DNA from: a virus
Strand: one strand, 5' to 3'
Virus genome (UHGV): UHGV-0171999
Length of the DNA: 64,000 nt
The notes beneath the pieces were generated by a model that ran no database searches, was not told where the DNA came from, and worked only from the letters and a program-made list of their open reading frames with translations. How positions within the stretch are numbered: the first letter of the stretch is position 1; every line of letters starts with the position of its first letter. Of this stretch, positions 33,328 to 43,228 are shown in pieces. The position numbers and the translations under genes were made by a program.

Positions 33328-33954
33328 ATGTATGAATACAAATTTGATGTGAGAGTTGGTTCTAAAATAATCAACTGTCGCGCATTTACTCTCAAAGAAT
33401 ATCTAGAACTTATTACTGCTAAAAAGAACGGTTCAGTAGAAGAGATTGTTAAAAAGCTAATCAAAGACTGTACAAATGCAAAAGATTTAAATCGACAAGA
33501 ATCAGAACTATTGTTGATTCATTTATGGGCGCATTCTCTTGGAGAAGTTAATCACGAAAACTCCTGGAAGTGCACCTGTGGAACTGAAATACCAACCCAT
33601 ATAAATCTATTACATACACAAATAGATGCACCAGAAGACCTCTGGTATACACTGGGTGACATTAAAATTAAGTTCCATTACCCTAAAATTTTTGATGATA
33701 AAAATATAGCCCACATGATAGTATCATGTATAGAAACAATTCATGCTAACGGTGAAAGCATTCCAATTGAAGACTTGAATGAAAAAGAGTTGGAAGATTT
33801 ATATTCTATCATCACAGAGTCAGATATTGTAGCTATAAAAGATATGCTTTTAAAGCCTACTGTTTATTTGGCTGTTCCAATTAAGTGTCCAGAGTGTGGA
33901 AAAACTCACGCTCATGTAATAAGAGGACTCAAAGAATTCTTTGAGCTATTGTAA
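33328..33954 (+). CDS. 26: gp26 baseplate hub protein
   Basis: 208 aa, same as T4 gp26. Confidence 0.85.
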   Translation: MYEYKFDVRVGSKIINCRAFTLKEYLELITAKKNGSVEEIVKKLIKDCTNAKDLNRQESELLLIHLWAHSLGEVNHENSWKCTCGTEIPTHINLLHTQIDAPEDLWYTLGDIKIKFHYPKIFDDKNIAHMIVSCIETIHANGESIPIEDLNEKELEDLYSIITESDIVAIKDMLLKPTVYLAVPIKCPECGKTHAHVIRGLKEFFELL

Positions 33955-34352
33955 TGTCAAATATTAATAAGCTTTATTCTGACATTGACCCAGAAATGAA
34001 AATGGATTGGGACAAAGATGTTTCTAGATCCCTTGGATTAAGGTCAATTAAAAATAGCCTTTTAGGAATTATTACAACCAGGAAAGGGTCGAGACCATTT
34101 GACCCGGAATTTGGATGTGATTTATCTGACCAGCTTTTTGAGAATATGACTCCTCTTACTGCTGATACTGTTGAGCGTAACATTGAAAGCGCAGTAAGAA
34201 ACTACGAGCCACGTATTGATAAATTAGCAGTTAATGTAATACCGGTTTATGATGATTATACTCTGATAGTAGAAATACGCTTTTCGGTCATCGATAACCC
34301 TGATGATATTGAGCAGATAAAACTGCAACTGGCTTCTAGTAATAGAGTATAA
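33954..34352 (+). CDS. 25: gp25 baseplate wedge protein
   Basis: 132 aa, same as T4 gp25. Confidence 0.9.
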   Translation: MSNINKLYSDIDPEMKMDWDKDVSRSLGLRSIKNSLLGIITTRKGSRPFDPEFGCDLSDQLFENMTPLTADTVERNIESAVRNYEPRIDKLAVNVIPVYDDYTLIVEIRFSVIDNPDDIEQIKLQLASSNRV

Positions 34353-34378
34353 TGCTTCACGTATAAACGTGGTATAAT
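34351..34378 (+). promoter_or_regulatory. Putative MotA-dependent middle promoter for uvsY
   Basis: MotA-box-like AATGCTTCA at 34351-34359, 13-bp spacer, TATAAT at 34373-34378. Confidence 0.45.
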
Positions 34379-34418
34379 GAATCTAAGTCCATCCAATAAC
34401 AATTGAATAGAGAACAAT

Positions 34419-34832
34419 ATGAAATTAGAAGATCTTCAAGAAGAATTGAAGAAAGATGTGTTTATAGATTCGACTAAATTACAGTATGAAGCAGCTAATA
34501 ATGTGATGTTATATAGTAAATGGCTTAATAAGCATTCAAGTATTAAAAAGGAAATGCTTAGAATTGATGCACAGAAAAAAGTTGCTCTTAAAGCTAAATT
34601 AGACTACTACTCGGGACGAGGAGATGGTGATGAATTTAGTATGGATCGTTACGAGAAATCAGAAATGAAGACAGTTCTATCAGCTGATAAGGATGTTTTA
34701 AAGGTTGATACCTCGTTACAGTATTGGGGGATTTTATTAGATTTCTGTAGCGGAGCTCTTGATGCTATTAAATCACGCGGATTTGCTATTAAGCATATTC
34801 AAGACATGCGAGCATTTGAGGCTGGAAAATAA
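34419..34832 (+). CDS. uvsY: UvsY recombination mediator
   Basis: 137 aa, same as T4 UvsY. Confidence 0.9.
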   Translation: MKLEDLQEELKKDVFIDSTKLQYEAANNVMLYSKWLNKHSSIKKEMLRIDAQKKVALKAKLDYYSGRGDGDEFSMDRYEKSEMKTVLSADKDVLKVDTSLQYWGILLDFCSGALDAIKSRGFAIKHIQDMRAFEAGK

Positions 34833-35071
34833 TGAGATATAGCATTGATGATGCTTTTAATTATGAAGAAGAATTCGAAACGGAAATTCAATTCTTAATG
34901 AAAAAGTATAATCTCAAGCGTCAGGATATTCGTATCCTGGCCGACCACCCATGTGGTGAAGATGTACTTTATATTAAAGGAAAATTTGCCGGATATCTTG
35001 ATGAATATTTTTATTCTAAAGATATGGGCATTGATATGCATATGAGAGTTATAAATAGATATATAATTTAG
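34832..35071 (+). CDS. hypothetical protein (uvsY.-1-like)
   Basis: 79-aa ORF, ATGA coupling. Confidence 0.5.
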   Translation: MRYSIDDAFNYEEEFETEIQFLMKKYNLKRQDIRILADHPCGEDVLYIKGKFAGYLDEYFYSKDMGIDMHMRVINRYII

Positions 35072-35082
35072 AGGAGACAATC

Positions 35083-35250
35083 ATGTCAGATAAGATTTGT
35101 GTTGTCTGTAAAACTCCAATCGATTCTGCATTGGTTGTTGAAACAGACAAAGGTCCTGTACATCCTGGGCCTTGCTATAATTACATTAAAGAACTACCAG
35201 TTTCAGAAAGTTCGGAAGAACAATTAAATGAAACACAACTTTTGCTATAG
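35083..35250 (+). CDS. hypothetical small Cys-containing protein (uvsY.-2-like)
   Basis: 55-aa ORF (below track cutoff) with GGAG SD; CVVC...HPGPC spacing. Confidence 0.4.
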   Translation: MSDKICVVCKTPIDSALVVETDKGPVHPGPCYNYIKELPVSESSEEQLNETQLLL

Positions 35251-35305
35251 TGTGACCTTTAGTCTATAGTTTTGGCCCTTCCTTTTTGGTTGGGCCTTTT
35301 TTAAT

Positions 35306-35536
35306 TTAAAAGCTTTCTTCTACTTCATCGTCTGAATCTTCTAATTCAGCTCTTTTTCCTGCCAAAGCATCTCTGACTGAGATGTCATCAGTATCTTTTA
35401 ATTCAGTTTCTTTAACTCTTTTCTTGTAATAAGCTTCAAGTTCTTCTAGACCTTCTAATGTTTGACAAGAGGCAATTTTACCCATAAATTCATCAATAGA
35501 AGCTTCATAAAGAAATTGTTTAAATTCTAGTAACAT
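35306..35536 (-). CDS. uvsW.1: UvsW.1 small acidic protein
   Basis: 76 aa from ATG at 35536 with GGAG SD; track start 35548 is an in-frame TTG. Confidence 0.7.
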   Translation of the reverse strand: MLLEFKQFLYEASIDEFMGKIASCQTLEGLEELEAYYKKRVKETELKDTDDISVRDALAGKRAELEDSDDEVEESF

Positions 35537-35547
35537 CTTTTTCTCCA

Positions 35548-35563
35548 AAGGGCCGAAGCCCTT
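35548..35563 (-). promoter_or_regulatory. Stem-loop (UUCG tetraloop on the transcript) between the HNH gene and uvsW.1
   Basis: AAGGGC-CGAA-GCCCTT on plus; overlaps the HNH stop codon. Confidence 0.5.
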
Positions 35564-36254
35564 ATAAATTAACTGTTTTTCTAAGTATTCTTAGTTTGTA
35601 CATTGATAATCCAGTAGCTTTAGAAGCGTCTTTCATACATTTATATTTAACACCATTTACTTCTATAGGTTTAGCAGCTGGGTTATTAGCTCCTGAATTA
35701 TCTGGCATGTTATCTTTAATTTTCTGAATAGATTTAGCGGAATGTTTCCTTCCGTACATGCCGTTATTTTTACCCGATTGATTGATCGAATGTAATCTTT
35801 TAGCTTCTTCAGTCCATTTCGTTGGGTTCATTCTTTTAGTTTTACTAATTTTATTTCCCCATGTAATTGGACGACTTTTCATGAGTTTTGACATATATTG
35901 TTTATGTTCTTCCGTATGGTGTTTTCCGTAAAATGGATTACCTTCGCCGGATTGAAGTTCTGCCATTTTACGACGTTCCCATGCGTAAGATTTATTGACG
36001 TGTCTTTCATGAGTATTTGAATTCATTCCCATACATATAACGGCTTTAATTATACCATAATGGTTTGGATGAATTTTAGCTAAAAGTTTATGGGCTATAA
36101 AATGTTCTTCAGCCGTTAGTTCTACTAAATTACACTTATCATTTGTACCACCCATGCATCTAGGAATTATATGATGAGTTTCAGTGTATCCATTAAGGCG
36201 AGCCCGATTCTGGGCTCTATTAATTAAATTATCATATATTAATTTATAATTCAA
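35562..36254 (-). CDS. free-standing HNH homing endonuclease, paralog of the nrdA-nrdB HNH gene, inserted between uvsW and uvsW.1
   Basis: N-terminus MNYKLIYDNLINRAQ..ETHHIIPRCMGG..NLVELT.EEHFIAH aligns with 7954-8595; starts on TTG overlapping the uvsW TGA (TTGA) with GAGG 6 nt upstream. Confidence 0.75.
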   Translation of the reverse strand: MNYKLIYDNLINRAQNRARLNGYTETHHIIPRCMGGTNDKCNLVELTAEEHFIAHKLLAKIHPNHYGIIKAVICMGMNSNTHERHVNKSYAWERRKMAELQSGEGNPFYGKHHTEEHKQYMSKLMKSRPITWGNKISKTKRMNPTKWTEEAKRLHSINQSGKNNGMYGRKHSAKSIQKIKDNMPDNSGANNPAAKPIEVNGVKYKCMKDASKATGLSMYKLRILRKTVNL

Positions 36255-37759
36255 AGTTTAACCTCTTTCATCACATAATTGAACTTCTCATCAGCATAAC
36301 GCTGAATACGATCAAGTCCATGTTTTAAAAGATAGTTTAAATGCGAGTATTTTTTAGAAGATGTTTTTGATTTAGAAACTACGCCCGCGTTATCTATGAG
36401 GTCCCAGACTGTTGCGATTGTTTTAGAACCATGCTTACGTAATACACGACCGATTGTTTGTAATACAATGATTTTTGATTTAACACCGTGTGCTAAAACA
36501 ACGTGATGCAGATTTTTAACTGAAATACCAGTAGAAAATACACCATAACTAGCTACTATAATTATTCCTTTACCGTTTTCAGCTAAGGTTTTCATTATAT
36601 TGCGGGTTTCGGTATCAACTTCCCCTGATACGTAATAAACTTTATCGTATTCATTTTTAATTAAATCGAAAATAGCTTTACCGTGCGATACGTGTTTAAA
36701 CATGACAAAAGCGTTTTCATCTTTTTGCGCAAGCTTAATAGCTAATTTAGCGATCCATTTATTTCTTTTACTGAGTCCAGTAATAATTTTTATTTCTTCT
36801 TGGTAAGTTTTTCCCTTTAATTTAGTAGTGAACTCATCGGGATAGCGAAGAAAAATACTATTAATTTTTAACTCAGTTACTTGTCCATCTTCCATTAATT
36901 TAGAAGTCGTTACTGGCTTAAATATTTCACCAAACATTCCAACATACTGCATGATATTAGCTTTGCCATCACGTAATGAACCCGATAGACCAAATTTGAA
37001 CATGCAGTTATTTAAACCTGATATGATAGATGAAATACTTTTTCCTGTAGCAAGATGACATTCATCATTCATCATCATTCCAAATTGTGAGAACCATTCT
37101 TTTGGTTGTTTTACTACAGTTTGCCATGTACCAACAACGACTGGTGCATCATTTTTATATTTATCATCTTTTGATGCTCCACCGCCAATTTTCTTTATCA
37201 TTGCGTGACTGAATAAACGATAATCAACAAAGTCATCAGCCATCTGAGTTGTTAAAGCAGTTGTTGGAACAATGATAAGAATTTTACCTTCATAATTTTC
37301 CAAATAATACCGAGCGAGCAAAGCTTGAATTAAAGATTTACCTGCGGATGTTGGAAGATTAAGAATTCTACGACGATTAACTAATCCTTCGAACACTGCA
37401 TCTTTTTGATACCAATGTGGTTCAATTCTTTTATTTCCTGAATAGATTTCTAACTTAGAAAGCCATTCATCGAAATCTTTTCTTGATAATTCTTCTTTTT
37501 CGTTAATCTGTGGGTCAATCCAGGCTTTATAGCCAAAGTTATCACAGAACTTTTTAATTTGCCCGACTAAGCCGAATGGAAGAAGACGATTATAATCTAA
37601 AAGACGGATTCGTCCATCCCAGTTGCCATATCTGAAGCGAGGATTAAACCTATATCCATCGGCCTCAAACGAAAAGAAATCTCTTAATTCGTGGAACGTG
37701 CTCTCTTCACAATCGATGCGTACATGACTGAAGTCGTGAAAATGTACTTTAATATCCAT
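36251..37759 (-). CDS. uvsW: UvsW DNA/RNA helicase
   Basis: 502 aa; SF2 helicase motifs (PTSAGKS, DECH). Confidence 0.9.
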   Translation of the reverse strand: MDIKVHFHDFSHVRIDCEESTFHELRDFFSFEADGYRFNPRFRYGNWDGRIRLLDYNRLLPFGLVGQIKKFCDNFGYKAWIDPQINEKEELSRKDFDEWLSKLEIYSGNKRIEPHWYQKDAVFEGLVNRRRILNLPTSAGKSLIQALLARYYLENYEGKILIIVPTTALTTQMADDFVDYRLFSHAMIKKIGGGASKDDKYKNDAPVVVGTWQTVVKQPKEWFSQFGMMMNDECHLATGKSISSIISGLNNCMFKFGLSGSLRDGKANIMQYVGMFGEIFKPVTTSKLMEDGQVTELKINSIFLRYPDEFTTKLKGKTYQEEIKIITGLSKRNKWIAKLAIKLAQKDENAFVMFKHVSHGKAIFDLIKNEYDKVYYVSGEVDTETRNIMKTLAENGKGIIIVASYGVFSTGISVKNLHHVVLAHGVKSKIIVLQTIGRVLRKHGSKTIATVWDLIDNAGVVSKSKTSSKKYSHLNYLLKHGLDRIQRYADEKFNYVMKEVKL

Positions 37760-37761
37760 AA

Positions 37762-38379
37762 TTATGCCTTACTAAATTTGCCTTTAGAGTCTCTTTTCAT
37801 GAGACGACCTTTAATAAATCCGTCGGGAATAATACCGTCTGGTTGTATTAATTTATTTATTACGCCATTATTGACCCAAAAAGTTCCTGTGGTAGTCGGT
37901 TTAACTTTACATCCTTTTCTAGACTTTCTATTAGGATGAACCATCCCTTTTACAAATCCTTCTGGAACAAGTTCTCCAGGTTTAATAAAAATATTTTTAG
38001 TTCCATTAGTGTAACAAGTTTTACCTAATACCGTTCCTGGTGAGTTTTCAAATCTTTTAGCGGAAGATTCTTTCATCTTTGCTATAACCTCTGTAGTCAT
38101 AACAATTCCACCAATTCCACCGGGTTTCATATTATAATAATTTTTGCTTTTTATTAGTTCAGGAGTTATAATTTCTTCTTCATACATGTACGCTTCTTCG
38201 GAAGTTTTAAACTCTTTTAGTATTTTTCTAGAGAAATTGTTTTCACCATATTTCTTTATAGCCTGCTGAATTGCCTTACCGGAACCAAGGTAACCATCAT
38301 TCAAGTCGTCAGTAGAATGCTTTCCTATATACTTTTTACCGTTTATTAGATTTGTTGTTTCATATACAAAGTGGTACAT
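37762..38379 (-). CDS. segE: GIY-YIG homing endonuclease SegE
   Basis: N-terminal GIY-YIG motif YHFVYETTNLINGKKYIGKHS; position next to uvsW as in T4. Confidence 0.75.
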   Translation of the reverse strand: MYHFVYETTNLINGKKYIGKHSTDDLNDGYLGSGKAIQQAIKKYGENNFSRKILKEFKTSEEAYMYEEEIITPELIKSKNYYNMKPGGIGGIVMTTEVIAKMKESSAKRFENSPGTVLGKTCYTNGTKNIFIKPGELVPEGFVKGMVHPNRKSRKGCKVKPTTTGTFWVNNGVINKLIQPDGIIPDGFIKGRLMKRDSKGKFSKA

Positions 38380-38407
38380 ACTATTTTCCGAGTAATAAAT
38401 ATATCTA

Positions 38408-38415
38408 TATTTATA
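38408..38415 (-). promoter_or_regulatory. Possible late promoter TATAAATA upstream of segE
   Basis: Exact TATAAATA on minus strand 28 nt before the segE ATG. Confidence 0.35.
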
Positions 38416-38428
38416 CTGAGGAAATATT

Positions 38429-39109
38429 ATGATAGATAAAGATTATATTGCAGAGCTGAAGGCTCTTGATGATAATAAAGAAGCTAAGGCTAAATTAGCT
38501 GAATATGCTGAACAGTTTGGTATAAAGGTCAAAAAGAATAAATCTTTTGATAATATCGTTATTGATATTGAAGAAGCCCTCCAGAAGCTCGCTAGTGAAC
38601 CTATGCCAGAGACTGATGGGTTATCTATTAAAGACTTAATTGATGCTGCTGATGCCGCAGACGGATTAAAATATGACGATGAAGAAGTCAATCCAGAAGC
38701 AGCACTTCTGATTGATTCTCCGGTTAAATCTGACATTAAAATTGAAGTAGTAGAAATGGATAAAATTCCTGAAAATACCGATGTTTTGATTGAAGATACT
38801 CCCTTTGTTGAAGAAAAGTTTGAACAGGCTGTAGCTGAGATTATTGAATCTGAAAAGACGTCTGTATTTACTCTTCCGGAAAACTTTAGTCCGAATCTTC
38901 AGCTGATTGGAAAAAATCCAGGATTCTGTACTGTTCCTTGGTGGATTTACCAGTGGATTGCTGAAACCCCGGATTGGAAATCTCACCCAACTAGTTTTGA
39001 ACATGCGTCGGCACACCAAACTTTATTTAGCTTAATTTATTACATTAATCGCGACGGATCAGTTCTAATTCGTGAAACACGCAATTCTTCTTTCGTAACA
39101 TTAAAATAA
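38429..39109 (+). CDS. inh: probable Inh (inhibitor of prohead protease), by position and size
   Basis: 226-aa ORF between segE and hoc; GAGGA SD. Confidence 0.5.
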   Translation: MIDKDYIAELKALDDNKEAKAKLAEYAEQFGIKVKKNKSFDNIVIDIEEALQKLASEPMPETDGLSIKDLIDAADAADGLKYDDEEVNPEAALLIDSPVKSDIKIEVVEMDKIPENTDVLIEDTPFVEEKFEQAVAEIIESEKTSVFTLPENFSPNLQLIGKNPGFCTVPWWIYQWIAETPDWKSHPTSFEHASAHQTLFSLIYYINRDGSVLIRETRNSSFVTLK

Positions 39110-39118
39110 GGATAACTT

Positions 39119-40249
39119 ATGGCTTTTACAGTTGATATAACTCCTAAAACACCTACTGGAGTTATAGATCAGACTCAGCAGTTTACTGCTACACCCAGTG
39201 ATCAAACTGGAGATGGACCTATTACATATGCTTGGACTGTAGATGATGTTCCACAAGATGGAGCTGAAGCAACTTTTAGTTATGTACTAAAAGGACCTGC
39301 CGGTAAAAAAACTATTAAAGTAGTTGCAACCAATCAAGTTGCAGAATCTGAACCTGAAACAGCAGAAGCTACTACAACTATCACAGTTCAAAATAAGACA
39401 CAGACAACTACCTTAGTTGTAACTCCTGATAGTCCTGCTGCTGGAGTGATTGGAACTCCTGTTCAATTTACTGCCGCCTTAGCTTCTCAACCATCAGGCG
39501 CATCTGCTACGTATCAATGGTATGTTGATGACTCTCAGGCTAGTGGGGAAACTAACTCTACATTTAGCTATACTCCAACTACAAGTGGAGTAAAAAGAAT
39601 TAAATGTGTAGCCCAAGTAACCGCGACAGATTATGATGCACTGAGCGTTACTTCTAATGAAGTATCACTGACTGTTAATAAGAAGACAATGAATCCACAG
39701 GTTACATTGACTCCTCCTTCTATTAACGTTCAGCAAGATGCTTCGGCTACGTTTACTGCTAATGTAACTGATGCTCCAGAAGAAGCGCAAATTGCGTATT
39801 CATGGAAGAAAGATTCTTCTCTTGTAGAAGGGTTAACTAATGTATATACCGTTGATACATCATCTATTGGAAGTCAAACTATTGAAGTTACTGCAACTGT
39901 TACTGCAACTGATTATGATAGCAAAACTATCACAGCAGAAGGTCAAGTTCAGGTAACTGATAAAGTTGCTCCAGAACCAGAAGGTGAATTGCCTTATGTT
40001 CATCCTCTTCCACATCGTACTTCAGCTTATATCTGGTGCGGTTGGTGGGTTATGGATGAAATCCAAAAAATGACCGAAGAAGGTAAAGATTGGAAAACTG
40101 AAGATCCAGATAGTAAATACTACCTGCATCGTTACACTCTTCAGAAGATGATGAAAGACTATCCGGAAGTTGATGTTCAAGAATCACGTAATGGATACAT
40201 CATTCATAAAACTGCTTTAGAAACTGGTATCATCTATACCTATCCATAA
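39119..40249 (+). CDS. hoc: Hoc highly immunogenic outer capsid protein
   Basis: 376 aa; repeated Ig-like segments, conserved C-terminal capsid-binding region. Confidence 0.85.
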   Translation: MAFTVDITPKTPTGVIDQTQQFTATPSDQTGDGPITYAWTVDDVPQDGAEATFSYVLKGPAGKKTIKVVATNQVAESEPETAEATTTITVQNKTQTTTLVVTPDSPAAGVIGTPVQFTAALASQPSGASATYQWYVDDSQASGETNSTFSYTPTTSGVKRIKCVAQVTATDYDALSVTSNEVSLTVNKKTMNPQVTLTPPSINVQQDASATFTANVTDAPEEAQIAYSWKKDSSLVEGLTNVYTVDTSSIGSQTIEVTATVTATDYDSKTITAEGQVQVTDKVAPEPEGELPYVHPLPHRTSAYIWCGWWVMDEIQKMTEEGKDWKTEDPDSKYYLHRYTLQKMMKDYPEVDVQESRNGYIIHKTALETGIIYTYP

Positions 40250-40254
40250 TCTCA

Positions 40255-40268
40255 GGGGCTTCGGCCCC
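40255..40268 (+). terminator. Terminator after hoc
   Basis: GGGGC-TTCG-GCCCC followed by T-rich tract. Confidence 0.6.
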
Positions 40269-40337
40269 TTTCTTCATTTTGAAAGCACACAAAACATAAT
40301 CAGAAAATGATGTATATAATGGCACCAACTCGATAAC

Positions 40338-40553
40338 ATGAGATTGATTATGAGAACTGAGGTTGTGGTGTTTACTCTTCATGAGTCTGGAAAGTCATTC
40401 ATTGAAATTGCTCGTGAATTAAACTTACAGGCGAAAGAAGTGGCTGTATTATGGGCTCGAGCTATGACTGCTAAGAATAAATTTGAAACCCGAGAAAAAG
40501 TTGTCTATAGAAAAAGGCATATTAATAAAAAGGTGAATAATGGAACAGTATGA
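40338..40553 (+). CDS. hypothetical small protein with possible helix-turn-helix
   Basis: 71-aa ORF; segment SGKSFIEIARELNLQAKEVAVLWARA looks HTH-like; start uncertain. Confidence 0.4.
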   Translation: MRLIMRTEVVVFTLHESGKSFIEIARELNLQAKEVAVLWARAMTAKNKFETREKVVYRKRHINKKVNNGTV

Positions 40554-40818
40554 TCTTTATGAAAATGAATCTTTTGCTAATCAATTACGCGAAAAAGCAC
40601 TTAAAAGTAAACAGTTTAAACTAGAGTGTTTTATTAAAGATTTTTCGGAACTTGCTAATAAAGCAGCTGAACAAGGTAAAACACATTTTAGTTATTATTG
40701 TACTGCTCGCGATAAATTGATTACTGAAGAAATTGGTGATTGGCTGAGAAAAGAAGGATTTAGCTTTAAAGTCAATAGTGATCAGCGTGATGGTGATTGG
40801 TTAGAAATTACATTTTGA
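40540..40818 (+). CDS. hypothetical protein
   Basis: 92-aa ORF. Confidence 0.45.
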   Translation: MEQYDLYENESFANQLREKALKSKQFKLECFIKDFSELANKAAEQGKTHFSYYCTARDKLITEEIGDWLRKEGFSFKVNSDQRDGDWLEITF

Positions 40819-40827
40819 GGATTAATT

Positions 40828-41832
40828 ATGTTTAAAAAGTATAGCAGTCTTGAAAATCATTACAATTCTAAATTTATTGAAAAACTTTACAGTTTAGGAT
40901 TGACTGGCGGCGAATGGGTAGCTCGTGAAAAGATTCACGGTACAAATTTCTCATTGATTATTGAGCGTGATAAAGCAACTTGTGCTAAACGCACTGGTCC
41001 TATTCTTCCTGCTGAAGATTTCTTTGGGTATGAAATTATTTTGAAGAATTACGCTGATTCCATTAAAGCAGTACAAGATATTATGGAAACTTCGGCAGTT
41101 GTATCTTATCAAGTCTTCGGCGAATTCGCTGGACCTGGCATTCAGAAGAATGTCGATTATGGTGATAAAGATTTTTATGTATTTGACATTATTGTTACTA
41201 CAGAAAGTGGTGATGTGACTTATGTCGATGATTATATGATGGAATCATTCTGTAATACATTCAGATTTAAAATGGCTCCACTTTTGGGTCGTGGTAAATT
41301 TGAAGAACTTATTAAATTGCCAAATGATTTAGATTCTGTCGTCCAGGATTATAATTTTACGGTAGACCACGCTGGATTAGTTGATGCAAATAAATGCGTT
41401 TGGAATGCTGAAGCAAAAGGCGAAGTATTTACTGCTGAAGGATATGTATTGAAACCTTGTTATCCTTCTTGGATGCCTAACGGAAATCGCGTAGCGATTA
41501 AATGCAAGAACTCTAAATTTAGCGAAAAGAAAAAGTCTGATAAGCCTATTAAAGCTAAAGTTGAGCTGTCAGAAGCTGATAATAAATTGCTGGGAATTTT
41601 AGCTTGTTACGTTACACTGAACCGAGTAAATAACGTTATTTCTAAAATTGGCGAAATTGGTCCAAAAGATTTTGGAAAGGTGATGGGACTAACTGTTCAA
41701 GATATTTTGGAAGAAACTTCTCGTGAAGGTATTACTCTAACTCAAGCGGATAATCCTTCTTTGATTAAAAAGGAATTAGTTAAAATGGTACAAGATGTAC
41801 TTCGTCCGGCTTGGATTGAATTGGTAAGTTAA
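40828..41832 (+). CDS. rnlB: RNA ligase 2
   Basis: 334 aa, same as T4 Rnl2; nucleotidyltransferase motif KIHGTN. Confidence 0.9.
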   Translation: MFKKYSSLENHYNSKFIEKLYSLGLTGGEWVAREKIHGTNFSLIIERDKATCAKRTGPILPAEDFFGYEIILKNYADSIKAVQDIMETSAVVSYQVFGEFAGPGIQKNVDYGDKDFYVFDIIVTTESGDVTYVDDYMMESFCNTFRFKMAPLLGRGKFEELIKLPNDLDSVVQDYNFTVDHAGLVDANKCVWNAEAKGEVFTAEGYVLKPCYPSWMPNGNRVAIKCKNSKFSEKKKSDKPIKAKVELSEADNKLLGILACYVTLNRVNNVISKIGEIGPKDFGKVMGLTVQDILEETSREGITLTQADNPSLIKKELVKMVQDVLRPAWIELVS

Positions 41833-41839
41833 ATAAAAA

Positions 41840-41855
41840 GGGACCGAAAGGTCCC
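41840..41855. terminator. Bidirectional terminator between rnlB and gene 24
   Basis: GGGACC-GAAA-GGTCCC with T-runs on both strands. Confidence 0.7.
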
Positions 41856-41861
41856 TTTGTT

Positions 41862-43145
41862 TTATTCATCGACGATAATTTTTGGTAGCTTAACACCTAA
41901 TAAAACAGACAAATCTGAACGACCCGCCATTTTATCCATGTCTCCACCATCAATTATTCTTGCTTCTTTTTCATCTTTTGCTACAGTGTAAGGATTTGCA
42001 GATAAAGCATATCTAACCAATAAACCGATAGATGGTTGTAAGCTTTCTGGATCAACTACAACTTTAAATGCACCTACATGTTCAGGGTCATCTAAGTCAA
42101 GACCTTCTGTATACGGAGCATAGAAAATTGATCCGACAATTTCTTTTTCACCGATATTTTCTACTACACCAACGATTACATAATCTAATGGGCTGTTAGT
42201 ATCGCAATAAAGCGGTAAGCCATTAGCTAAGAACCCATAGGCATTTTGTGAAAGATATTTGTCATCTTCTGGTTTATGTTTTAACCAACCTGATGCAGCA
42301 AGAATCGCAGCAGCACGAGCTGAAGCAACACAGAACGTTGCTGTATAAGTTGATTCTTTTTGGATATGCGAAACCATTTCACATACCATTCGGTATAATG
42401 AACGACCAGCTTCAGGTGCAGATGCATAACTCAAATCAATGAATCCAGTATCAGTAATTCCTGTAACTTTATAGCGTTTTGACACTGTAATCAAAGACTG
42501 TAGAATATCTTTATTGATTTCATCCGCCATTTCAGTTGCAAGCAAATCTTCCAAGAAATTAGGAGCATCGAATCCATTTGCTTCTAAATCTTGTGCTAAT
42601 TCAACTGTGATGCCAGTTTTAAGCTTACGAGATTTAACTGCGGTTTGCCATTTATTAATCTGGAATCTAGCATCCGCAATTTCACTATCAGAGCTTTCAA
42701 ATTTGCTTGTTGACGCTGCGTCAGAAAATAGACGAACCTTTAAAAGAACAATTGCAATCTGAAGAGCTAATTCTAAATCGCTTTCTTCAATGGTAGCAAA
42801 TGGTGTATCTTCTAATACTTTATAAACGATATTATTATATTTGAATAAATCGCCTTTATTGAGAGTTAATTTAGACTCTTCTGTTAATTCTGTGATTTGT
42901 TCTCGGTCTACATATCCAGCTTCGCCGGCGTAAGTAGCACCAGTTTTAAACGTAAATTCGTTATCTGGGTTAAGGTATTTGATACCATAAAAAGCAGCAA
43001 CAGGTTGATTAGTTCTTTGCGTTGCTACAATGTCAGAATATATTAATTTAGTGGTAGCGCGAGTCAAAGCAACGAGATTTGGGCGACCGATTGAGTTGCT
43101 ATTCGTTGTGGTTGATTCGCGCAGAAGTTCGTTGATTTTAGCCAT
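41862..43145 (-). CDS. 24: gp24 head vertex protein
   Basis: 427 aa, same as T4 gp24. Confidence 0.9.
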   Translation of the reverse strand: MAKINELLRESTTTNSNSIGRPNLVALTRATTKLIYSDIVATQRTNQPVAAFYGIKYLNPDNEFTFKTGATYAGEAGYVDREQITELTEESKLTLNKGDLFKYNNIVYKVLEDTPFATIEESDLELALQIAIVLLKVRLFSDAASTSKFESSDSEIADARFQINKWQTAVKSRKLKTGITVELAQDLEANGFDAPNFLEDLLATEMADEINKDILQSLITVSKRYKVTGITDTGFIDLSYASAPEAGRSLYRMVCEMVSHIQKESTYTATFCVASARAAAILAASGWLKHKPEDDKYLSQNAYGFLANGLPLYCDTNSPLDYVIVGVVENIGEKEIVGSIFYAPYTEGLDLDDPEHVGAFKVVVDPESLQPSIGLLVRYALSANPYTVAKDEKEARIIDGGDMDKMAGRSDLSVLLGVKLPKIIVDE

Positions 43146-43172
43146 TGCGCTTTCCTTTTGGTTTATATGATT

Positions 43173-43180
43173 TATTTATA
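43173..43180 (-). promoter_or_regulatory. Late promoter TATAAATA for gene 24
   Basis: Exact match 27 nt before the gene 24 ATG. Confidence 0.5.
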
Positions 43181-43197
43181 CCATAAAAACAACTAAA

Positions 43198-43213
43198 GGG
43201 ACCCGAAGGTCCC
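43198..43213 (-). terminator. Terminator after gene 23
   Basis: GGGACC-CGAA-GGTCCC (UUCG loop on the transcript) followed by U-rich tract. Confidence 0.65.
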
Positions 43214-43228
43214 TTAAATCGTCAAAGA

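Noticed and set aside
35262-35292. Possible terminator hairpin between uvsY.-2 and uvsW.1 (GGCCC...GGGCC with TTTTTT)
   Set aside because: The loop is 13 nt and the stem only 5 bp; too weak to call from sequence alone.
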